Made by a program: the position numbers and the translations under genes. From contig OZ244141.1 of NCBI GenBank assembly GCA_965216295.1, positions 78,163-142,162 on the forward strand: a stretch of DNA of 64,000 nucleotides, in the 5' to 3' direction. The DNA is from Minisyncoccota bacterium (GTDB lineage Bacteria > Patescibacteriota > Minisyncoccia > Phycocordibacterales > JABAAK01). The notes beneath the pieces were generated by a model. That model saw only the letters and a program-made list of their open reading frames with translations, made no database searches and was not told the origin of the DNA. Below are positions 30,328 through 40,805 of the stretch, in pieces; position 1 is the first letter of the stretch; the number at the start of each line of letters is the position of its first letter.

Positions 30328-32661
30328 CTATCCAACTTTTTTGACATGTTCTAGTAATCCCCACACACAACCAACCTTCACATCCACCAAAAGTGGTATG
30401 GGTTTTTTATCTTTTGGATAGACACTTTCCATCTTTTGAGTGATAAGAGATATTGATTCATCAAGTACCTCTGATTTTACTTCAAAGAAAAGTTCGTCAT
30501 GAATCTGTAAAAGCATTCGCACATTACCTTTCAGCTTTTTGTTTTCTGAGATTTCTTTATCAATTGCAATCATTGCCTGTTTGATAATGTCAGCTGCAGT
30601 TCCTTGTATTGGTGCATTCATTGCCATTCGCTCTGCTTGTGCGCGAACAAAAGAGAGTGAAGAGGTGGCGCCGTGTATGGGACGACTCCGACCAAACACT
30701 GTCTGCACACACCCATTTTCTCTCGCCTCTTTTTTTAAACTCTCCAAGTATGTGGTGAGTTGTGGAAATGTCAGTCGATATTCTTCTAAAAATTGTTTTG
30801 CCTCCTGCTGTGATACCGAACCGAGTGCGCGTCGCAGTGCAACAGCACCCATACCATATAAAATACCAAAATTAACAACCTTGGCTTGTCGCCGCTGCTC
30901 TGTTGTCACTTCACTCTGTGAGATGTGAAAGATGTGTGCTGCAACAGAGGTGTGGATATCCTCTCCTTGTTTGAAGCTGGTGAGTAAATTTTCCTCACCA
31001 GAGAGAATGGCTGAAATACGAAGCTCAAATTGTGAGTAATCAGCGGTGAGTAATTGCCACCCTGGTGTTGCGGTGAATAAATGCTTTATCTCCTGCCCTT
31101 CAGGGGTTGCTGTTGGAATGTTTTGCATATTCGGCTCACGAGAAGCAAGACGACCGGTGGTAGTTCCGCTCTGTATAAAATTGGTGTGTAAACGATTGTT
31201 GGCATCGATAAGCTTGATAAATACAGCAATGTATGAAGAGAGTAATTTTTTCAAGTGTCGATATTGAAGAATAAGTGGAATGACTGGATGTTCGTCGTAC
31301 ATATCAAGCAACACCGATTCTTTTGTTGATCGTTGTCCAGTAGAGGTTTTTACCTTTCGTCCTGATTGTAAAGAAAGCTCTTCAAAGAGAATCACGCCCA
31401 ACTGTTTGGGTGAATTAATATTAAACTCCTTTCCTGCGATAGTGTGTATGTTTTTTTCTATCGCAAGGAGTTTTTTTTCTAACATCTTCTTGAGTGGAAC
31501 CAATGCTTTTTTATCCATATGCACACCAACCTCTTCCATTTTTTGCAAGATTGGTATAAGTGGTTTTTCAATATCTTCCCACACTGAGAATCGGTTTGTT
31601 TTTTGTAACTCTGCAAGGATTTTTGCATTCGCCTGCGCCACCGTCTTTGTGTCTGTGTAGGAGAGTATTTCTTTGACACCAACATTCACTTTATCGGCAT
31701 CAAGTACCCACAACGCAATAGCGGTTTCAAGAGTAAGCGCGGGAGATGCTTCATTTCCATCTTCAACTACCATCTCTTCTATACCGAGTAATTTTTGGTA
31801 GCGCTTTATGGTTGATGTAAGGGCGTATGCTTGTAATCTCTCTTGTGCATCTTTCCAAGAAACTCGCTCCTGCCACTTTCCAGAAATCTGTCGCTCTAGA
31901 GGGAGTGGGAGGTCAACATGTATAGTTGCAAGTTCTCGTGATTGCAGCGCACTCTCTTTATGCTCTTCCAACAATCCCACCACTCGTTTTTTGAAACCTT
32001 GTTTTTCAAGATTTCCAGAATCAACCGCGTCATATATCGCGTCAAGGTTGCCGATGGTACTGATAAGCTTCTTTGCTGTCACAGCACCAATACCAAAAAC
32101 TCCAGGAATGTTATCAGAAGCATCTCCCGCAAGCCCTTTGTAATCAGGAAGATGGTGTGGTGGAAAGCCGTATTTTTGCTCAACCGCTTGTGCTCCCATT
32201 ACTGCAAATTCCTTGGTGCCACGAACAAGAAGGTGGACAGACACACGAGTATCATCAACAAGCTGAAGAAGATCATTGTCACATGTGATGATAACAATAT
32301 CGTCTTTGAGTTTCTTTACTAAAGATCCAATAATATCATCTGCCTCGTACCCCGCCTTCTCTAACACAACAACACCAAGTGATGGTAGCAACTCTTTTGC
32401 TCCATTAATTTGTTCAATCAGGTCGTCTTCGGGTACTTCTCGCGTTCCTTTATACGCGCTATACATCTCCGAGCGCACAGTTGGTTCTGGCCTATCAAAA
32501 CAAGCAATGACCGTGTCTGGTTTGAGTGTTTCAAGAAGGTGTGTTGTTGTTTGTAAAAATCCATACAAGGCACCCGTTGGTTTTCCCTCAGGGGTAGTGA
32601 GGTTTGGTATGGCGTAGTAAGAGCGATAGAGAAGTGCGAGTGAGTCTAAAAGTAGTGTCAT
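30328..32661 (-). CDS. polA: DNA polymerase I (5'-3' exonuclease + polymerase; 3'-5' exonuclease domain reduced)
   Basis: YEADD, GDASDNIPGV, ADYSQFELR, AKVVNFGILYG, QIHDEL. Confidence 0.96.
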   Translation of the reverse strand: MTLLLDSLALLYRSYYAIPNLTTPEGKPTGALYGFLQTTTHLLETLKPDTVIACFDRPEPTVRSEMYSAYKGTREVPEDDLIEQINGAKELLPSLGVVVLEKAGYEADDIIGSLVKKLKDDIVIITCDNDLLQLVDDTRVSVHLLVRGTKEFAVMGAQAVEQKYGFPPHHLPDYKGLAGDASDNIPGVFGIGAVTAKKLISTIGNLDAIYDAVDSGNLEKQGFKKRVVGLLEEHKESALQSRELATIHVDLPLPLERQISGKWQERVSWKDAQERLQAYALTSTIKRYQKLLGIEEMVVEDGNEASPALTLETAIALWVLDADKVNVGVKEILSYTDTKTVAQANAKILAELQKTNRFSVWEDIEKPLIPILQKMEEVGVHMDKKALVPLKKMLEKKLLAIEKNIHTIAGKEFNINSPKQLGVILFEELSLQSGRKVKTSTGQRSTKESVLLDMYDEHPVIPLILQYRHLKKLLSSYIAVFIKLIDANNRLHTNFIQSGTTTGRLASREPNMQNIPTATPEGQEIKHLFTATPGWQLLTADYSQFELRISAILSGEENLLTSFKQGEDIHTSVAAHIFHISQSEVTTEQRRQAKVVNFGILYGMGAVALRRALGSVSQQEAKQFLEEYRLTFPQLTTYLESLKKEARENGCVQTVFGRSRPIHGATSSLSFVRAQAERMAMNAPIQGTAADIIKQAMIAIDKEISENKKLKGNVRMLLQIHDELFFEVKSEVLDESISLITQKMESVYPKDKKPIPLLVDVKVGCVWGLLEHVKKVG

Positions 32662-33116
32662 GGTGTGGGGGTAAATGTGTGTGTTGCTCCGTTCACAGAT
32701 ATGGTAACACCATATGCATTTTTTGGTATGTATTTTGGAGCACGCTCAGGCCATTCAATAATAGTGAGATTCTTTGTTTTTGTCATAACAGCCTCCCAAC
32801 CAAGTGTCTCTATCTCCTTTTCATCCTCCAAACGATATAAATCAACGTGTGTCAAGTATTGAAAGGTCTCGTCGGTTGTTATATATTCTTTATGAAGTAC
32901 AAATGTTGCACTCGTAATGGTCTCAGAAACACCAAGAAGCCCCCCTATCTCTTTTACTAATGCTGTTTTACCAGACCCCAGTGGTCCAGATAGTAATAAC
33001 ACCACTTTTGTATCTTTATGAACACCATCTAAAACTTCTTTTTTAATATGTTCAAGGAGTGCTTTTGCAAACACCGCAACCTCTTGGATACTTGTTGTCT
33101 CTGTCTTTTGAAGCAT
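32658..33116 (-). CDS. tsaE: t6A biosynthesis ATPase TsaE
   Basis: LSGPLGSGKT, HVDLYRL, IEWPE; start placed at ATG 33116. Confidence 0.93.
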   Translation of the reverse strand: MLQKTETTSIQEVAVFAKALLEHIKKEVLDGVHKDTKVVLLLSGPLGSGKTALVKEIGGLLGVSETITSATFVLHKEYITTDETFQYLTHVDLYRLEDEKEIETLGWEAVMTKTKNLTIIEWPERAPKYIPKNAYGVTISVNGATHTFTPTP

Positions 33117-33158
33117 GTCTGTAGCATAGCATTGGTGGTAAGTGATACACTGTTGGTA

Positions 33159-34838
33159 ATGGGTGTATTTAAAAATGAGATCGTAGAAACAAAGCTGCGA
33201 GAACACTACAAAGAGGAGGAGGAGCGATTAATGCAGTACCTCTCTGAGAGATATAACCTACCCTATCTCATCTTGTCAGATGTTTCTTTAGAGCCAGATG
33301 CCCTCCAGATGATCAAAGAAGAGCGAGCAAAAGAGGGTGAATTTGTAGTTTTTAAAAGATTGAAAAAAAATCTTTTTGTGGCGACACGAAATCACAAAAA
33401 TCCCATATTACAAGAATCTCTTCAAGAATTTAAAAAGAGGGGGTTTTCTGTAAAACTCCATCTCATCTCTCGAACAACTCTCAATAGACTCTTATCCTAC
33501 TATCAGGACATTAAACCGACCATAGCGACCACCTCAGGAACTTTCACAATTACCGGAAAAGAGTTTTACGCAAAATCAAAAGAGATTCGATCAATCGAAC
33601 AAGCACGAGAATTTCTCAAATCACTTGCTGGTATGAGTAGTTCCCGTCGTATCTCAAAAAATGTTGAGTATATTCTTACATCAGCCATGAGCCTTGGTGC
33701 CTCTGATATACATATTGAACCAAACAGTGAGGGGGGTGCTGTGCGATATCGATTAGATGGTGTGTTGGTAACCATTGTTGAGTTTTCACCACAAGAAATG
33801 AAACAACTCATCACGCGAATAAAGCTGGTTGCTGGTATGAAAATTAATATTATCACTCAGGCACAAGATGGTAGTTTTGTTGTTCAACTTCCTGATCATG
33901 CAATTAGTGTTCGTGCGTCCACCGTACCACAAGAGGTTGGTGAGTCTTTTGTGCTTCGTCTACTAGACCCAAACACTGTTTTGCATGAAATTGAAAAGCT
34001 TGGTTTGCATAAAATTGTTTTAGAAACCTTTCAGGAAGAAATAAAAAAACCGCACGGTATGATTATCACAACAGGACCAACAGGATCTGGTAAAACAACA
34101 ACGCTCTATTCATTCCTTAACGCTGTTAAATCACCAGGAGTGAAAATAATTACTCTTGAGGATCCAGTAGAATACCGCCTTCCTGGTATCATTCAAACAC
34201 AAATAGAGAAGAAGTATACTTTTGCGTCTGGGTTGCGAGCTATTTTGCGACAAGATCCTGACATAATCCTTGTTGGTGAGATTCGTGATGAAGAAGTTGC
34301 TGGAGTTGCAATACAAGCATCACTCACAGGACACATGGTCTTTTCCACCCTACACACAAATGATGCAATTGGAACACTCCCCCGTCTTGTTGGGTTTGGT
34401 GTTGATCCTAAGTCACTTTCTCAAGCACTCAATCTTGTTATAGCCCAGCGCTTGGTGCGAAAATTGTGCCCACACTGTTCTGAAAAACAAGTATTAAACG
34501 ATGAACAAAAAAAGAAGGTGAATAATTTTATAGCAGCACTTCCTGATGGGTATAAAACAGAGAAATTATCCTTTGATACTATCCGAGAAGTTGGGCCGAG
34601 TAGTAAAACATGTGAACGTTGTGTTGGTGGTTATAAAGGTCGTGTTGGTGTATTTGAAACGTTCCGCGTTGGACCAGAAGAAGAGATGTCTGTTATACAA
34701 GGTGCAACCACAAAAGAATTGCAAGACGTTATTAAAAAACAAGGGTTGCCGTTTATGCATCAAGATGGTTTATATAAAGTACTCACTGGTGTCACTTCTT
34801 TTGCTGAATTAGGGCGTGTGTTAGGATTATATATATAA
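33159..34838 (+). CDS. GspE/PulE/PilB-family type IV pilus assembly ATPase
   Basis: ASDIHIEP, TGPTGSGKTT, EDPVEY, LRQDPD, STLHTND, CPHC/CERC. Confidence 0.93.
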   Translation: MGVFKNEIVETKLREHYKEEEERLMQYLSERYNLPYLILSDVSLEPDALQMIKEERAKEGEFVVFKRLKKNLFVATRNHKNPILQESLQEFKKRGFSVKLHLISRTTLNRLLSYYQDIKPTIATTSGTFTITGKEFYAKSKEIRSIEQAREFLKSLAGMSSSRRISKNVEYILTSAMSLGASDIHIEPNSEGGAVRYRLDGVLVTIVEFSPQEMKQLITRIKLVAGMKINIITQAQDGSFVVQLPDHAISVRASTVPQEVGESFVLRLLDPNTVLHEIEKLGLHKIVLETFQEEIKKPHGMIITTGPTGSGKTTTLYSFLNAVKSPGVKIITLEDPVEYRLPGIIQTQIEKKYTFASGLRAILRQDPDIILVGEIRDEEVAGVAIQASLTGHMVFSTLHTNDAIGTLPRLVGFGVDPKSLSQALNLVIAQRLVRKLCPHCSEKQVLNDEQKKKVNNFIAALPDGYKTEKLSFDTIREVGPSSKTCERCVGGYKGRVGVFETFRVGPEEEMSVIQGATTKELQDVIKKQGLPFMHQDGLYKVLTGVTSFAELGRVLGLYI

Positions 34839-34850
34839 GTATTGTTGTAT

Positions 34851-35825
34851 ATGGCATCAAAGGAATTATCACACTCACTGGACACCCTCCTGCGCCCGGG
34901 TGAGTGGGGTGAGTATGTTGGTCAAGAGGTGGTAAAGAAAAACTTGCAAACGTTAATACAAGCGGCGTGTGAGCGAAAGCAGGTGCCGGAACACATACTT
35001 CTTTACGGCTCCGCTGGACTTGGTAAAACAACACTCGCACACATCATTGGTGCTGAGTTGAAACTGCCAGTACAGGTAACATCAGGTGTTGTTGTTGAGC
35101 GGTCTGGAGATATTGTGTCGCTTCTTTCAACAATGGAGTTGGGTGGAGTTTTGTTTATTGATGAGATTCATCGCATGAGTCGTGTGTGTGAAGAAACACT
35201 CTACCCCATTATGGAATCTGGTGGTCTAGATATTGTCGTTGGTAAAGGTCCAACAGCTCGTTCAGTACATATAGATTTACCACCAACAACAATTATTGGA
35301 GCAACAACTCAAATTGGAAAAATTTCAGCACCACTGAGATCACGATTCTCTGGGGGTGTGCTTCGTTTAAGTAACTACAACACAGAAGAACTTGCTGAAA
35401 TCATTACTCGATCTGCAAAATTATTAGAAGTGGCAATATCACCAAAAGCAGCGGCTGCAATAGCGGAGCGGTCGAGAAGTACGCCTCGTATAGCAAACTA
35501 TCTTCTCAAAAGAGTTCGTGATTATGCGCAAATAAAAAATATTCAGATTGATCCTGATGTGGTTGAAGAAGCGCTCCAAGAAAGATCGATTGATGCGTAT
35601 GGTCTCACTGAAGAAGATAGAATGTTATTAACCACCATTCGAGATACTTTCTCTGGCGGACCAGTTGGCATTAAAACCCTCGCCACAGTTATGAATGAAG
35701 ATGTTAGCGCAATTGAAGAGGTTTATGAGCCATTTTTACTCCAAACAGGATTTTTGGAGAGAAAGCCACACGGTAGATGTATAACAAACAAAGGAATTGA
35801 ATATTTGAGTGGTGTTGGTTTGTAA
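34851..35825 (+). CDS. ruvB: Holliday junction helicase RuvB
   Basis: LRP..EYVGQ, GLGKTTLA, FIDEIHR, PLRSRF, EPFLLQ. Confidence 0.96.
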   Translation: MASKELSHSLDTLLRPGEWGEYVGQEVVKKNLQTLIQAACERKQVPEHILLYGSAGLGKTTLAHIIGAELKLPVQVTSGVVVERSGDIVSLLSTMELGGVLFIDEIHRMSRVCEETLYPIMESGGLDIVVGKGPTARSVHIDLPPTTIIGATTQIGKISAPLRSRFSGGVLRLSNYNTEELAEIITRSAKLLEVAISPKAAAAIAERSRSTPRIANYLLKRVRDYAQIKNIQIDPDVVEEALQERSIDAYGLTEEDRMLLTTIRDTFSGGPVGIKTLATVMNEDVSAIEEVYEPFLLQTGFLERKPHGRCITNKGIEYLSGVGL

Positions 35826-35864
35826 TATTGGTTTTTCTGATGAAATTGGTATAGTACTGATACT

Positions 35865-36416
35865 ATGTCTGGACATAACAAATGGTCAAAAATAAAGCAC
35901 AAAAAGGCTGCTAGTGATATAAAGAAGAGTAAGGCTTTTTCTCGACTGACCAAACTTATTACTGCAGAATCAAGACGATCGAGTGGTGATATAACATCAC
36001 CAGGACTTCGGGCGGCTATTGATCAAGCAAAACTTATCAACCTACCGTCTCAAAACATACAACGCGCCATTGATCGCGGCTCTGGTGCTGGTGATTTGGT
36101 ATTGAGTGAGGTTTGGTATGAAGTGTATGGTCCTGAAAACTCTGTTTTGCGCATACAAACCCTAACAGATAATAAAAACAGAACCGCAGCAGAGATTCGT
36201 TCCATTCTGTCTAAAAAAGGGTTTGTTATTGCAAAACAAAATTCTACCTCTTGGATGTTTGACATAACTCCCAACAGCACCAAACCCAAAGAGGTGGTAG
36301 CGCTTCCTACTGATAAGCTGATTGTTTTTGAGGAATTACTACAATCTATTACTAATGATTCTGATGATGTTCAGAAAATTGTTACAAATGTTGCTGGTAG
36401 TGAGGTTTTTGTATGA
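35865..36416 (+). CDS. yebC: YebC/PmpR family protein (shortened)
   Basis: MSGHNKWSKIKHKK, YEVYGP, TDNKNRT. Confidence 0.92.
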   Translation: MSGHNKWSKIKHKKAASDIKKSKAFSRLTKLITAESRRSSGDITSPGLRAAIDQAKLINLPSQNIQRAIDRGSGAGDLVLSEVWYEVYGPENSVLRIQTLTDNKNRTAAEIRSILSKKGFVIAKQNSTSWMFDITPNSTKPKEVVALPTDKLIVFEELLQSITNDSDDVQKIVTNVAGSEVFV

Positions 36417-36922
36417 AAGTTTTTGCAGTAGATCCTGGTTTTGGTAGGATTGGCTTTGCGTTGGTTGAAAAGGCAATACCAAAAAACAATGTTATTTTTT
36501 CTGAATGTTTTGTAACACCTACCAACAAATCTCAATCACAGAGAATTGCTATGGTTGGTGATCGTTTTGAGCAACTCCTTGATAGGTTTAAACCAAAGAT
36601 TGTTGTTTTAGAAAAATTGTTTTTTTCAAAAAACAAAAAAACTGCCATGCGTGTTGCAGAAGTTCGCGGCATGCTTATTGCACAAACAATACAGAGAGGG
36701 TTGGAACTACAAGAATACACACCGGCGCAAGTAAAACTTGCGGTTGCTGGTTCTGGTAATGCAGACAAGAAACAAATGATGAAAATGATTCCTCATATAG
36801 TTATCATAAATCCTGACAAAAAGATGTTGGACGATGAATATGATGCGATTGCCATTGGAGTGACTTGTATACAACACAATAGCTATAAAAAATTTCTGGG
36901 TGATAATGTGTTAAGTGCGTAA
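36413..36922 (+). CDS. ruvC: Crossover junction endodeoxyribonuclease RuvC
   Basis: DPGFGRIG, EKLFF, EYTPAQVK, DDEYDAIAI. Confidence 0.95.
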   Translation: MKVFAVDPGFGRIGFALVEKAIPKNNVIFSECFVTPTNKSQSQRIAMVGDRFEQLLDRFKPKIVVLEKLFFSKNKKTAMRVAEVRGMLIAQTIQRGLELQEYTPAQVKLAVAGSGNADKKQMMKMIPHIVIINPDKKMLDDEYDAIAIGVTCIQHNSYKKFLGDNVLSA

Positions 36923-36933
36923 TAAAAATTTAT

Positions 36934-39444
36934 ATGAGTTGGTATACTATAATAAAAAAAAATAATTTGTTAAAAATACTGTTGATACTTTCCATCTCTG
37001 GTTTTCTAGTTGTGGCTGGCTTTATGATTCTTTTTTTCACCTTCACACCACTACCAGACATTGAACAAATCGGACTTGTTGGTGACACTGAATCAATTAA
37101 AATCACTGATCGCAACGACAATTTTTTATTTGATTTTTCAGAAAACAAGAGGCGTAAATATATCTCTTACGAAGATATATCAAAAAATATTATTAATGCA
37201 ACAATTGCCATAGAAGATAAAAACTTTTTTAATCATGGTGGTGTTGAATTTGGAGCTCTGTTGCGAGCAACATTAGTCAATCTGCGCAGTGGTGATTTTA
37301 CGCAAGGTGGTTCAACCATTACACAGCAGGTAGTGAAAAACCTGCTTCTAACAAATGAAAAAGATGTGGTGCGAAAATTAAAAGAATTTGTTTTGGCAAT
37401 AAAACTAGAGAGTGGTTATTCAAAGGAGGAAATTCTTAGTTTTTACTTCAACAACATTTCATATGGTGGTGTTATTTATGGTGTTGGTGAGGCGGCAAAT
37501 TCGTTTTTTGGAAAATCAGCAAAAGACATATCTGTTGCAGAAGCTGCCTATCTTGCAGCGATACCAAACGCACCAACACGACTTTCCCCATACAGATCAA
37601 ACAAAAAAGACCTGGAAAAAAGAAAAAATTACACATTAGAAAGGATGCTGAGTTTGGGATTTATTAACCAAGAACAATTTATCTCAGCAAGTAATGAAAA
37701 TGTATATTTTCAAAAACAAAATGTTTTTTCTGTAAAAGCACCTCATTTTGTTTTTTTTGTTAAAAATCATTTAGAGAATAAATATGGTGATACTTTGAGA
37801 AATCTACAAGGGAAAACAATTCGCACAACACTTGATTTAGAATTACAACAACACACAGAAGAGGTTGTTCGAGAGTTTGCACCAAAGCTTGAAGAAAGAT
37901 ATGGAGCAAAAAACACCGCCGTGGTGATACTTTCAACAAAAACAGGTGATATACTCACCATGCTTGGTTCAAAAGATTATTTTGATACAGAGGTTGATGG
38001 TGAGGTAAATGTCACCACATCATTAAGACAGCCGGGATCTACATTTAAACCATTTGTATACGCAACACTTCTTGAAAGGGGGTTTACACCCCAAACAACA
38101 CTTTTTGATGTACCAACACAGTTTAGTACAAGATGTTTAAAAACGGACATAACATACCCTGAAGAGGGGGATGATGAGTTTTTTGAGAAAAACAATGATT
38201 GTTATTTACCAAAAAACTATAATGAAAAATTTCACGGTCCAGTAAGTTTTAGAGATGCGCTCGCACAATCAATCAACATAGCTGCGGTAAAAGCAATGTA
38301 TATCGCCGGATTGCCAGACGTTATTAAGTTGGTAAAATCTGCTGGAATTACCAGCATATCAAGTGGTGGTAATTATGGATTAACATTAGTACTTGGTGGG
38401 GGTGAAGTAAGCCCTCTTGAGTTGGGTGATGCATACACTATATTTGCAAATGATGGTGAGTTTGTTGAATATCGATGGGATGTCTCATCTCCAATAATTA
38501 AAAGAAAAGTTCTGCCAACTGGAGTTGCTCAAGATATTAATGATATACTTTCAGACAACAAGGCGAGATCGCCAGCTTTTGGATTACACTCACCTCTTCG
38601 TTTTGACAAATACTCGGTTGCGGCAAAAACTGGTACTACCAACAACTCTCGTGATATTTGGGTAGTTGGTTACACTCCAGATGTGGTGGTTGTTGTTTGG
38701 GGTGGTAATCCTATTGGAGACCCTATTATTGATGGTGTTGGTGGTACTGGGTTGGCACTCTCCTCAATGTTTCATAAAATTATTGAAAAGGCTGCGGATT
38801 TGTATAGTTCACCACAAAGTAAATTTTCGAAAAATGTGCAACCAAAACCAACCCAACCACCAGCGCTTCGTGGTGTCTGGTGGGATACTAGAGATAAACC
38901 ACACTCAATACTTCACTATCTTAACAAGAAAGATCCTGTAAATGAAAAACCTTTGTATGAAAATGATTCTCAGTATGATTATTGGGAATACGCAATACAA
39001 GAATGGGAGAAAGATAATGGTGCTTTGTTATATCAAAGAATGAATGATGTGGAAAAAGTAAAAAATGGAAATTATTTAAAAATTGTATTACCTGTTTTAG
39101 GTACTATCATACAACCTGATGAGTATCAAACTGTGCAAATTATTAATACTAATGAAAACACATCTCGTTATGAATTTTATATACAAGATAAACTAATTGG
39201 ATCATCACATCTACCAAACATATATTTTTTACCATCCCTCTTTTTAGACGGTTCTGAAGAAGTGTTGTATATTAAGGTTGTTGTATATAGTAATAATGGT
39301 ACTAATATTATAGAACAAGAGTATAAAACAAATCTATATAGCGGTTTTGATAATACACCCCCATCAATAGAATCAGAAGAAGATCAGTTTTTTATATTCA
39401 GCAATCCAGTACCAATACCAAGACAATTCGATAGAGATTTTTAA
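36934..39444 (+). CDS. Class A penicillin-binding protein (PBP1A-like)
   Basis: IEDKNF, GGSTITQQ, RKLKE; SxxK (STFK), SxN (SIN), KTG. Confidence 0.95.
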   Translation: MSWYTIIKKNNLLKILLILSISGFLVVAGFMILFFTFTPLPDIEQIGLVGDTESIKITDRNDNFLFDFSENKRRKYISYEDISKNIINATIAIEDKNFFNHGGVEFGALLRATLVNLRSGDFTQGGSTITQQVVKNLLLTNEKDVVRKLKEFVLAIKLESGYSKEEILSFYFNNISYGGVIYGVGEAANSFFGKSAKDISVAEAAYLAAIPNAPTRLSPYRSNKKDLEKRKNYTLERMLSLGFINQEQFISASNENVYFQKQNVFSVKAPHFVFFVKNHLENKYGDTLRNLQGKTIRTTLDLELQQHTEEVVREFAPKLEERYGAKNTAVVILSTKTGDILTMLGSKDYFDTEVDGEVNVTTSLRQPGSTFKPFVYATLLERGFTPQTTLFDVPTQFSTRCLKTDITYPEEGDDEFFEKNNDCYLPKNYNEKFHGPVSFRDALAQSINIAAVKAMYIAGLPDVIKLVKSAGITSISSGGNYGLTLVLGGGEVSPLELGDAYTIFANDGEFVEYRWDVSSPIIKRKVLPTGVAQDINDILSDNKARSPAFGLHSPLRFDKYSVAAKTGTTNNSRDIWVVGYTPDVVVVVWGGNPIGDPIIDGVGGTGLALSSMFHKIIEKAADLYSSPQSKFSKNVQPKPTQPPALRGVWWDTRDKPHSILHYLNKKDPVNEKPLYENDSQYDYWEYAIQEWEKDNGALLYQRMNDVEKVKNGNYLKIVLPVLGTIIQPDEYQTVQIINTNENTSRYEFYIQDKLIGSSHLPNIYFLPSLFLDGSEEVLYIKVVVYSNNGTNIIEQEYKTNLYSGFDNTPPSIESEEDQFFIFSNPVPIPRQFDRDF

Positions 39445-40560
39445 TTACTTATTAAGTAGTGGTGAGATAAGTGCTGTAAATAGTTTATGTGAAGCTCCTT
39501 GTATTAAAATAGGTTTTACACCACCACTAACAAAACAAAATCGTATTTTTTCATCATTAATGACTTGTATAGCGTCATTAATAAATCGATAGTTAAAATT
39601 TGGTAATTCCCCGCCCCTTTGTAAATCAGCGATTGGTATTCTATCCTCTGTGGATCCAATAGTATCATTATCAAAATATAGAACAATATAATTACCATCA
39701 ATCTTCATTTTTATAGTATTTAGTGTGTTAGAAAAATATTTTGCTTTTTTGAAAAAATTAAGTACATCATACTTTAAAACAGTGAAACTAATATCAAAAT
39801 TGGTTGGTATTATTTTTTTATAATCTGGGAAAGTGCCAGATGTTGATCGTGTGAAAAAAGTACCCTCTTTCATACCAACACACACACCCTCATCACCTAT
39901 GGTAAGAGCAACTGATGGATTGATTGATGATTCTAATATTTTTAAAATTTTATTAACATTTTTTGCTGGTATAAGTACATCAAAATCTTTAACCATATCA
40001 TCAACAAGAAATCGTATTTCAGCTAATCTAAATGTGTCTGTTGCAACAAAATATATATTTTTTTCTTTAGTTTTAATAAGTACATTATTAAGCTCTTGTT
40101 TAATAACACTTGTAGCTGCGGCGTGTTGGGTTGCTCTCAGTCCACAAATAAACACTTCACGATCTATTGAGAATTTGTTTTTTATATCCTTTGTGTTGAT
40201 ATTTGGAAATTCATCAACAACTCCAGAAATTGTTTTAATTTTTGAAACACTACTCTCTGTTTTAATTTGTAAAACAGAATTATTTTCAACCAAATCTAAT
40301 TCAATAACTGAGTCAATAATTGGTGAAACAACACCGTCAAATATTTTAATTGAAACAATAAACTCTCCCTCACTCTCAACCTCAACATCTGTTTCATACA
40401 CCATAGAAATATCAAATTGAGTAAGATATAAAGATAATTTTTTATCTTTCACAATAATTTTTACAGGATCCTCAACCACCTCACCTAGTTGTGGTGTCAC
40501 TATCCTTGTTAATGTCCTTACACTATTTTTTAAAAAGCTGGTTAATACTTTTACTTTCAT
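39445..40560 (-). CDS. dnaN: DNA polymerase III beta clamp
   Basis: VATDTFRLAE, GTFPDYKKII; directly downstream of dnaA. Confidence 0.92.
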   Translation of the reverse strand: MKVKVLTSFLKNSVRTLTRIVTPQLGEVVEDPVKIIVKDKKLSLYLTQFDISMVYETDVEVESEGEFIVSIKIFDGVVSPIIDSVIELDLVENNSVLQIKTESSVSKIKTISGVVDEFPNINTKDIKNKFSIDREVFICGLRATQHAAATSVIKQELNNVLIKTKEKNIYFVATDTFRLAEIRFLVDDMVKDFDVLIPAKNVNKILKILESSINPSVALTIGDEGVCVGMKEGTFFTRSTSGTFPDYKKIIPTNFDISFTVLKYDVLNFFKKAKYFSNTLNTIKMKIDGNYIVLYFDNDTIGSTEDRIPIADLQRGGELPNFNYRFINDAIQVINDEKIRFCFVSGGVKPILIQGASHKLFTALISPLLNK

Positions 40561-40805
40561 ATTATATATAGTTTATTATTATTGTTATAAGTGTTGAAAA
40601 GTGTAAAAAGAGAAAATAATGAATAATACAAACCTCTAATAGAATTATTATTGTTATTTTCTTGTATAACTTTTTGTGTATAACTTTTTAGAAAATAATT
40701 TAAATCAAATTGATTGTTAATAAGTATTGTTTTTTTAACCAAAACACAAACATGTTTTAAACAATTTATATTTTTATTATTATATACAACATTCAACATA
40801 ATAAT
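40561..40805. other. Probable oriC segment (dnaA-dnaN intergenic)
   Basis: Extremely AT-rich; DnaA box TGTGTATAA at 40675-40683 plus a partial box at ~40662. Confidence 0.7.
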